From: Antedon mediterranea
Taxonomy: Eukaryota; Animalia; Echinodermata
Direction of reading: 5' to 3'
NCBI RefSeq assembly: GCF_964355755.1
Contig: NC_092673.1
Location: forward strand, 4,278,001-4,342,000
DNA: 64,000 nt
Position numbers and translations under genes: made by a program. A model generated the notes under the pieces. That model made no database searches, was not told the DNA's origin, and was given only the letters and a program-made list of their open reading frames with translations. Each line of letters starts with the position of its first letter. Within the stretch, counting starts at the first letter, position 1. Shown here one piece after another: positions 54,932 to 64,000 of this stretch.

Positions 54932-56113
54932 CTGTAAAGACAACCACAAACTACCATAAGTTGAATGTTATGAATAATACTTTTGTGGATTTGTTTTTAC
55001 AGGTACCATATATATTTACATGTGTATTATAATGAAATTGTTAACATAGAGATGTTATATTATTATACAGTAATAATTTTTTTACTGTATATATGATTTT
55101 AAATAACAATAACTATATCAAAAATCATAAGTCATATGTATTGTAAGTCATATAAATAATATATAACAATGTTTTATCAATTTCTTTATGATATCAAATA
55201 ACACTAACAAATATATCTAAATATTAATAAACAATTACTGAATGAGCCATCATAAATTATGATGGAATTAGATTATATATTAATGTACTATTTTTCTTCA
55301 GGAGCCTGATTGAAATTTCTACAAAATATTTAACGTCAGTTATCAACCAACCAGAGGTGATTGGATATATCATTGCTTCTCTAGTGTCTTTTCACCATTG
55401 ATAAAATAATCAATGTACCACTCTTACACCCTTCTTCTCTTAAAAAGGAATAGGCCTACCATGGTACAAAGTTTATTCATAATCAAGATTTTGAAAAAAC
55501 GCAGAATATACAAAAAACCACCAGGTGCGCATTCGTGTGTCAACATACACAAAAAAACAGACTCGACGAACGACATGACATCCTAACAAGATTTGATAGC
55601 TGTTAAAAAATTGACCCTGTTGTTAAAATCCTATTGCTAGGTGACTGTTGCTAAGGGGTGCTGAATGATGAGATTCTCACGGGAACTCTGGGTAATCAGA
55701 TAGTCATGGTGGTAACTAGCGGTAAAGAAAACATTACAATTGAATAAAACAATGACAATGTACATCAATGGGAATAGGTAGGTTAGGTAAGAAGATCATC
55801 TCTTGGATACAATTTAATTGTTATAAACAGCTCTTTCTATTTATGGTATGGAAGTGACGCTTTCTGTGAATCTTTATACCTTGTCTTGGAACTGTTATTT
55901 TTAGTTAAGATCTCATATGACTTGGTTTGAACTCTACAAAACTTTGATCGTGTCATACACCCTTGTTCACAGGCACAAGACAACGAGAAATTGAACTCAT
56001 CAGTGTAAAGACTCTTGTATACTCCGGGGTATACTCATAATGAAACCTGTATATATATTCCTGTACAATACTGTAAGACAAATGTGTATTACATTACAGT
56101 ATATTAATTCAGG

Positions 56114-56498
56114 TATAGAGTATCACGGTGCTGACGTCACGACGATAGGTGGCGCTGCGTGGTTGCTAGCGCAACCAAAAATGCGTTAAGCCTGCCTGAT
56201 TGACTCCAAGATCACCAATGGTTTGGAATTGGCTTATTACAGAAGTCATTTTAAAACTTAATAATTTCCAATAAAAACAAACTAAAATTTCAAAAGATCA
56301 CTAAATATTTGTTTTTTAATAATCTATTTATTCTTTAACTACAGTTTAAGTTAAAAAACATCAAGCTAAGATACATAATTTGATAGAAATACAGATCTTT
56401 ACTGTTTATCAACATAGTAGCGCTGAACGCATTTTTTGGTTGGCTAGCAACCATGCAGCGCCCTCTAACGTTGTGACGTCACACCGTGATACTCTATA
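56114..56498. mobile_element. Non-autonomous DNA element with inverted arms of about 75 bp
   Basis: TATAGAGTATCACGGTG(C)TGACGTCACGACG...GGTTGCTAGC..AACCAAAAATGCGTT mirrored by AACGCATTTTTTGGTTGGCTAGCAACC...GTGACGTCACACCGTGATACTCTATA; AT-rich spacer. Superfamily not assignable. Confidence 0.85.
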
Positions 56499-56646
56499 AG
56501 ATAACATACAATCAACAGAACAAGTCTGAAATTATTGTATGTTTTCAATATTATTATGAACAAATATCAACTAAACATGAATCTAGAATCGCAATATAAA
56601 TGAGTACAAAAAGAAAAAAACCTGAATATTATCATAGCGTTTCTAA

Positions 56647-56804
56647 AGCTCTGTCACTATCAAACTGGTTTGACAAAAAAAGTGTGATGTACCCAAATAT
56701 GGTAGTGATACGCCCAAATATGGTACTCATATGACATCATCATGTCTATATAAGGGCACATCATATTTTTTTGTCACATAAAGTTTGATAGTGTAGATAG
56801 AGCA
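56647..56804. mobile_element. MITE family 1, copy I
   Basis: TAA|AGCTCTGTCACTATCAAACT...AGTTTGATAGTGTAGATAGAGCA|TAA. Confidence 0.85.
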
Positions 56805-56844
56805 TAAGCGATAAAATTAATTATATTAGCAACAAGACGAAAAT

Positions 56845-57243
56845 AATAACAGACACATACTAGGCTAAATCGACATGGTTGGTATCACACAATTTGCTAT
56901 CACTTTTGTGAAGGCAAACACAATTACGAAGGAAGTCAATTTGACCCATTACAAACAGGATACCATGAATTTGGGAGCGAATTTCGTATGTGAAAACAAC
57001 TGGCACTTAGAGGTATTTCTATGGAAAAATAACAAAAAAAATAACCGACACATACTAGGCTAAATCGACATGGTTGTTATCCCACGAATTGCTATCACTT
57101 TTGTGAAGGCAAACACAATTACGAAAGAAGTCAATTTGACCCCTCACAAACAGGATACCATGAATTTGGGAGCAAATTTCGGATGTGAAAACAACTGGCA
57201 CTTAATAAAGCGGTATTTCCAGAGAAAAATATAAAAAAAGTAA
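56845..57243. repeat. Tandem duplication, period about 195 bp, 2 copies
   Basis: GACACATACTAGGCTAAATCGACATGGTTG at 56852 and 57047, similar throughout. Confidence 0.9.
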
Positions 57244-57807
57244 CTGGAAATATTTCAGCTGCTTATAGAGTTCTTTCGCTGAAAATTTACAAAAAAATTC
57301 CATTTCTATTATGCTACTGGGATAATTTTTTTCTAGACCATTTGACATTGATAGGTGTGATATATGTGAACTTTATTCAATAAATCGTACATTTTTTTGG
57401 TATTACAATGGTAACCATAATAACGTATATTTACAGTGATTTTCACAAAAAAAACCTATATAAATATTAATTACAAAATATATACAGAGATTATTTACAG
57501 TATGATAATAATAAAAATTTATTGTTTATATTGACTATTATTGGAAACAGAAGTTGAATAATAAATAAAATACTGAATAAAAATTAAGTTTAATTAGAGG
57601 TTTACAATCAATGGAAAAGACGAAAACATATAATATTGTAAGTATCAAAAGTAGCAGATAGTGTTTAGGAAGATATTATCAAGGAAGTGATTTTCCCCGG
57701 TGTTATAAATTTCCAGATGTGTATGTGTATGCAGGGATAAATGTTTTACACACTGGGCATCTCTATATGTTCAGACACAAACATATTATACTCAGTACTG
57801 TAGTTAA

Positions 57808-58154
57808 AGATGTATTGTCCCCCAAAAACATGAAAAATGAAGGTTAATTAAATCAGACTTTAAATATGTTATTTCTTAGTTTTAATAAAGTTAATCACTT
57901 CCGTAGAAAAAAAAACCGAAACAAATTATGTTTTAACTTGTAAAATGACAAAATAAATGGTTAAATTCAACCAAAAATTCATTGGCTGGCAGCCAATTTG
58001 ACCATTTTTTGCTTTAAATTACATTTTTTTCAGGTAATACATTTTTTTTCGATCCAATTTTTGGTCAAAGTGGATAACTATTATGTTACATTAAAATAGA
58101 ATATTAAAAAAAAATTTTGTTAAGAATTTATTTTTTCAGGGGGACAATACATCT
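57808..58154. mobile_element. TTAA-flanked MITE (Kolobok-like termini)
   Basis: TTAA|AGATGTATTGTCCCCC ... GGGGGACAATACATCT|TTAA; perfect 16-bp TIR starting AG. Confidence 0.85.
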
Positions 58155-58548
58155 TTAATCTTGACTTTAATTGTATATCCTTTCTATTTTAATAAATACT
58201 TTTTAATTTCTAAAAAAGGAAGTAGAAACACACTTGAAAAATCAAAATATAAGTACGCCTATTCATGATAAATAAACATGTAATATCTATAACCGTCTCT
58301 CCGCAACAAACATGTTTAGCTTTTTTAGTGTTGTTGTACATCTTTAATCAATTTTGTAAATTTTGTTGATGATCTGACATGTAGGCCAACATCTTGAAGA
58401 AAAGACAGCACTGAGGAAGGAAGTGGAATGACTGAAGTCATGAGTAAAATCATGAAAACCAATTTGGTGCAATAGAGAGTTTCTGATTCTACCAAATACT
58501 TATTTTATATAGAAGTAAACTTAGTAGAAGATATATGGACAAATAAAC

Positions 58549-58800
58549 TTTTTTTTTTTAAATCCAACAGTGAGCACAAACTCGTCAATTACAGGATGGA
58601 TAAACTATTTTACAATTTATAATTTATCGTGCTTCTAAATTAAGTCTCATTTGAGGCTTACGGAGTGGAGTTGAAAAGAGTCATGAATTACACCATGTCA
58701 GGATTGAACGCTGGCACTAGGTTGGGATTGAACCCAGGACCTTGGGATTGGAAGGCACCAAGCTACAGCTCCACTTCTACTACCAAGCTACAGCTCCACT
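58549..58800 (-). mobile_element. Degenerate tRNA-derived SINE, possibly related to the one at 17353
   Basis: + strand GGGATTGAACCCAGGACCTTGGGATTGG...ACCAAGCTACAGCTCCAC (reverse B and A boxes); shares GGAGTGGAGTTG with about 17504; poly-T at 58549-58559. Confidence 0.5.
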
Positions 58801-59318
58801 TGGTAATAAAGTAGACATATGGTTGAAATAGATAATGTCACACATTAATAATATATGTGAATAGATATATAAAGTATAAATCTTAATTTAATCTCCTGTA
58901 TGCAATAATAAATGTCTAGAAATGTATTGCCACAGAACCAAAACCAGATGACGTCAACTAAATCAATTTCATAAACATCAATAACAATTTCCCTTTATGA
59001 GTGGGTGGGTTGGTATAAACTGGCTATATCTCAGTAATCCAGAAATGTGTGTAATTATTAACATACAAGAACACAGAAGAACAAACTGATAAAAGGACAA
59101 ACAAGTGATATAGTCTACATGAGTTCTTATTCAGAAAATCACTAATTTCACAGTTTTCAGAGGGAACAAATTAATACACAGATTTGTAAGTAAGCAAAGT
59201 CTATACTGTAATAGATGAGGTAATGGTAATTAAATAGGACACGAGGTAGCTGGTGTAAAACCAGAAGTGTTATTCTAAATAACGACATGAAAATGATACA
59301 TTTTGATCTGTAGAATAA

Positions 59319-59649
59319 GGGCCTGTTTCTATAGACAAAATCCAAAAGAACAGTTTTATTGGAAACGGGTTTTTGATGATTTGTTAAAACAAAAATGATG
59401 TTGCAGCCTAATTTTTTTCTCACACCATTCAGTGACCTTCTGAGGTCAAGTTGAGACCGTGATTGCATTGCAGGTAAAAATTGTTTTCAGCAGAAACTGT
59501 TTTTACAAACGGTTTTGTCAATCGAAATCGGATTAAAACCGTACTTAAGACCAGTTTTTTTTTTGGTGGCTTATTTAACGGATCCATTTCTGTTGGCAAG
59601 AAAATACGGTTTTAAAACCCGCATTCTCTTTGTCAATAGAAACAGACCC
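59319..59649. mobile_element. MITE family 3 (PIF/Harbinger-type)
   Basis: TAA|GGGCCTGTTTCTATAGACAAA ... TTTGTCAATAGAAACAGACCC|TAA. A decayed similar interior appears near 19480-19630. Confidence 0.85.
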
Positions 59650-60847
59650 TAAAATTAAGTAGGGCTTATTTCATTTAAGTCAATTGCTTGTTATTAATTT
59701 ATTAGAGTCAGCATGAACCAGGGTTTTGATAGATATTGGATGCTCGAAAGGCTGGAAGAAATATTCTCTATAAAACCAATTCAGTTAGCAGATGGAATTT
59801 AACCTGACAAACATAACCAAGGAATTAATCGTTTTAACGTCAACGTAAATAAATACAGAACTTGGTCGTTGTGCCTGTAGGAAATTTACAAAAACTCCGA
59901 AATCCACAAACAATCCATCACTACAGTTTATTTCAACAGAAGCAAATAAACAGAACTACTTCAACGCTTCGCACCATTGAGCAAACATATAAAACATAAG
60001 TACCATTTGCGACATTGATTTACTGTTAGAAATATATCTGCACGCTTGATTGGTTAAATAGAATGTTTCTTAATAGCTGATTGGCTATGAAGAGTGATCA
60101 GTGATTTCTAACAAATATAAAGAAGCCTTATTATTGATAAATTTGTTTACTCTTTGCCATTAGTACATTTGAACTTTACCATAAGCATTTTCCGCAAAAA
60201 TGATTTTGCAAAAGTAACTAACAATGGTATTTCTGACAAAATTTGGTGTCAAAAGTTTTTGCAAAGAGATTTTGTAAAAGTAACAACATAACTGTACACA
60301 ATGGAAATAAAGAACAAAACAAACAATGGAAGAATTGATTTTTGGGAACTGTGGGTGACAATTTTGGGTGACAATATCAAATACTTTCCAAAAAATTGTC
60401 TTACCAAACGGAAATAAAAGACTGTGATTCGTTGCAGATGTTTATAACGGATGATAGAGTAATTAATTTCATATTTATAATAGCTTGCTATCTGTTATTG
60501 TCATCTTCACATTTGATTCCAATTAAACACCGACTTGTTCATCACAATCATATTTTGCAATAATAAATCTTAAGTTAAGATTAAGATTTAAGTAATTGTT
60601 TATTTGTATTTGATACAAGTATTAGTTTATTTTGTACTGGTGAAACCAGACCTAAAGCTCTATATTGAGCTTATTTGGTCTTTTCACGGCTTTGCATCTT
60701 TTATTTAATACTTTGAATTAATCTGTATAAATAGCATGTTTGATGCATTGTGAAAAAAAACGAAATGATACCAATTGTGAGTTTAAAACCAATTTAAATG
60801 AAAGACACTACATTTATAATAATAACATAGAATAACCCTGGCATTGT

Positions 60848-61210
60848 GATGAAACCATGGGATTTGAACCAAAGAACCAGGAATTGGGTAGTGCACACAT
60901 GTGAATCACCATGGCTACCATACCATAACATTTTCTAAAATATAAGAATGACAGAAGTTGATATGAACATGATGAAGCCATGGGATTTGAACCAAAGAAC
61001 CAGGAATTAGTAAGTCCACACATGTGAATCACCAAGCTACCATACCATAACATTTTCTAAAATATAAGAATGACAGAAGTTGATATGAACATGATGAAGC
61101 CATGGGATTTGAACCAAAGAACCAGGAATTAGTAAGTCCAAACATGTGAATCACCAAGCTACCATGGCATCATAACATTTTCTAAAATAAAAGAATGACA
61201 GAAGTTGATT
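60848..61210 (-). repeat. Three tandem units of about 122 bp, each with a tRNA-like A/B-box cassette
   Basis: Units start at 60848, 60971 and 61093; minus strand of each has GGTAGC(TT/CAT)GGTG ... GGTTCAAATCCCATGG. Confidence 0.85.
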
Positions 61211-61345
61211 TAAACTTCTTAAACAGATTTCAAACTTCAAAAGTAATTGAATTTAACTATAAACAAATAAACACGAAATAGAAAGATCATTGCGGTTGGT
61301 TAGTTTCATTTGTGGCACACGCCCATTCAATCTCGTTACATTCAC

Positions 61346-61473
61346 CTGATGGCCAAGCTCAATGCCACTAAAACTGAGAAAGGAATGTCGAAAATGGCTA
61401 TACAATACTCATGATGGTGACTATGGGTCGGATACTGTAGCATATTTTGTCGTTTAAGTGCGTCATAGATCGT
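61346..61473 (-). CDS. Candidate exon C of an unidentified upstream gene
   Basis: ctgcttgtttaacag|ACG...CAG|gtgaat; 128 nt, open only in phase 0-2 as TIYDALKRQNMLQYPTHSHHHEYCIAIFDIPFSVLVALSLAI(R). Confidence 0.3.
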
Positions 61474-62395
61474 CTGTTAAACAAGCAGACGACGTGAAGT
61501 TGACAATTATGACGCCCAGTAAATTACAATAAATTCCACATCATTTGTGAATGATGATCAAACAATAATTAATTATCTGAATTTGTATGTGGAAATGTTA
61601 TACATAAATACATAGAATTTTAAATTTTTTAAATTTGTTTGAGAATTTTAACTTTATGAATCCTCTTGTATCTGTATGTTTTAATGTCGTTTGTATATTT
61701 CTGTAGTTTTTTAAGCCTCTGTACTACTGTAATACAACTGTTAGCTAGAGCTACCGATGTAAAATAAAGTAAATAAAATAAATTTTACAATGTAATGTAA
61801 AATTAAATCTTTGTAATTTAGCAAAAGGCACAATATCTCATTATTATAAACAGAATATATTGCATTTTTTTATGTTGATCTTTACATAAATTATTTCTTG
61901 ACATGATGAATTTGTTTACCCTGAAAAAAACCAGACTCGGAGTAATAATCCGCAATATACATACCGGTAATTGAAAAATGGAGTTAAAATAATTGAAAAC
62001 CCTCTTTTAAGTGGTCCTGGAAATTAAATTAACAAAACACTCAGATTCACTAGAAACTTTTTAAAATGTAGTCTGATGAAAATTCAATTAATATACTTAA
62101 AACTTGGAAATAAAAAATGTATTCTTAATTTAATTTTAAGTAGGATGATTTTTAATATGCCAAGAAATTAAATTATACAGTAGGCGAACAAGCTATTAAT
62201 TGAAGAATTTGAAGTAACTGTCTGAAACTGAGTGTTTCCAAATAAGATGGTTAAAAATGGTGCACGCACTACATATTACACTAATTCCAGATTACGAAGT
62301 ACACAATGAATATATCACTAAATATGTTTTTTTCAAACTATGGGAAAAAAACCAATATTCTTCAGACTTCAATATTCAAATTTTAATATGTTGTA

Positions 62396-62398
<3 letters not shown>

Positions 62399-62432
<34 letters not shown>
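62399..62432. repeat. (TA)n microsatellite
   Basis: About 17 perfect TA units. Confidence 0.97.
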
Positions 62433-62436
<4 letters not shown>

Positions 62437-62510
62437 GGCTCATGATTCAATGGTCTCAAAATGACATGAGTAATGATAAGGTAATACTTGTATGCTGTTA
62501 TGATATTCAC

Positions 62511-62619
62511 ATAACGGAAGAACACTCTGCTGAAAACAGCGTCGTATCTGTCTTCGACGACTAACAAACCCTGGCAGCGTTCTCTCTTGGGATTAGACAA
62601 CTCGAACCACATGACTCGA
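62511..62619 (-). CDS. Candidate exon B of an unidentified upstream gene
   Basis: tgtttgcatag|T...TAT|gtgaat; 109 nt GC-richer island, open as RVMWFELSNPKRERCQGLLVVEDRYDAVFSRVFFRY; phase 2-0. Confidence 0.3.
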
Positions 62620-63783
62620 CTATGCAAACATAAACCGATATTTACACAATATTATGACATATATCATAAAACCAAAAGCGTGTAGGATTATACCCATAGG
62701 ATAAGTATTAAATACCGGATTGAAAGAGAGATTAAAATTTAAGAGATATAGATCGTTAAATCACTCATATTTTAACCAGAAGCCTCATCTGCCACAATTT
62801 TAATTAAATTAATCACAAATTTAATCCCAAAATGTATTACTCAAATAAATACAAATGTAATGGCATATATGCATATTTTTCGTTATATTAACTCATTGCT
62901 TGGATTTATATTTGTGACTCATTTACAAAAAAACACTAATTTGAACCTAGTTGTAGAATAAATGCTGTTACATATATTAGGTGGTAACAATTGGGTTTAT
63001 GCTTGGTTTCTTTGCTTACAAGAATATTTGGCCTACAGCATTGATCATAATGTTGTAGACTATAACCACAAGAGATCTTTAAAAAAGAAATAATTCTTAC
63101 AAAAAACGCCGCTCGATTTCTTGACGTAACAGTTTTAAATATTGTTCTTCATAAATAATTTAATTTATCTTTTTTTTTTAAAAATCCTATGGAGTGGTAG
63201 AGTATTAAATGATTTGATCTATTCATATCAAAGTGAAATTTTAAACTACAGAATTAATCTTGCACTTGTACTTATACTTGGTATTAATGGCATTGATTTT
63301 TATCATAAGAAAAAAGGTAGGATTTGAACCTTGGAATTGGCTGGCAAAAATGTTAATGATCAATGTATGTGGTTTGGAGTATTGGAGAGCCACTTTGATA
63401 GTGCTTGCACTGTTGGCAATCCTCAGGGTACTCCATCCACGCTTGTTTGTATAATGTTGGTTCTTTCTGTTTGTATACCTGGAAATTGAATAAATAAATA
63501 AAAAATAAATAAATAAATAAAATTTCTTTTGTTTTTGTCTCCTCAGTTTGTTCCACTTTTATTATGATACATTTATATATTTTTCCTCTCTTTTATATGT
63601 TACAATGTTAAAAGTAGTTTGCTTATACTTTATATACATAAAATGATTGAATTAAATTTCGTAAACAAATTTACAAGATGGATAATTTGTTTGTATGACA
63701 AGGGGTTTTTATCTTATATAAATATTAGGGTGTTAAAAGTAGTAGGATATGATCAAGGCCTACAGCAGTACATTGGCCTTCAC

Positions 63784-63874
63784 CTGGTGTTCAAAAGTAG
63801 TGGAGGAAACATCCCATCAAAACTCAAACCAATACAACATGCTTCGTCAGCCAAATGATAATTAGATAAATGAT
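63784..63874 (-). CDS. Candidate exon A of an unidentified upstream gene
   Basis: cag|AT...AG|gtgaag; 91 nt, open as HLSNYHLADEACCIGLSFDGMFPPLLLNT(S); ends phase 2, compatible with exon B. No recognisable domain. Confidence 0.25.
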
Positions 63875-64000
63875 CTGATTAAGGAGGTCCCGTGTCGGGT
63901 CCCGTGTTTATCCCACAATTCATCACGTCCATGGGAAGCAAGTTCAGAACTTATGTAGACAGCAATCATTGGTTTTATTTTGTGAGTTATCATTTTGTTA

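Noticed and set aside
55880-56046. Additional minus-strand exon candidate for the upstream gene
   Set aside because: Weak acceptor, and all three frames from it hit stops before the plausible donor at about 55879.

Overview
AT-rich, intron-dominated animal genomic DNA. No prokaryotic features are present, and the SINE types suggest an invertebrate deuterostome such as an echinoderm (inference). The main feature is the 5' part of a slit gene (secreted Robo ligand) on the minus strand. I reconstructed nine coding exons by hand: 43701-43526, six 72-bp single-LRR exons, 14462-14299 and 2253-2115. All have GT-AG boundaries and compatible phases, giving 911 nt that encode the signal peptide, the whole first LRR domain (D1) and the N-cap of D2. 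The gene continues off the left edge. The ORF track catches only exons 1 and 8, and most of its other ORFs are noise. Upstream (54.6-63.9 kb) four phase-compatible minus-strand exon candidates may form an unrecognised second gene (low confidence). The rest is introns and intergenic DNA carrying about nine copies of one TWA-flanked MITE, four other TIR elements, tRNA-derived SINEs (one with a Deu/Nin-type core), a 5S rRNA-derived SINE nested inside a MITE, and several tandem repeats, including a triplicated tRNA-like Pol III cassette. The octamer TAGGCCTA is in marked excess around the slit 5' end. I see no convincing evidence of a wholly new biological system; the best leads are listed as findings. 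All coordinates were counted by eye.
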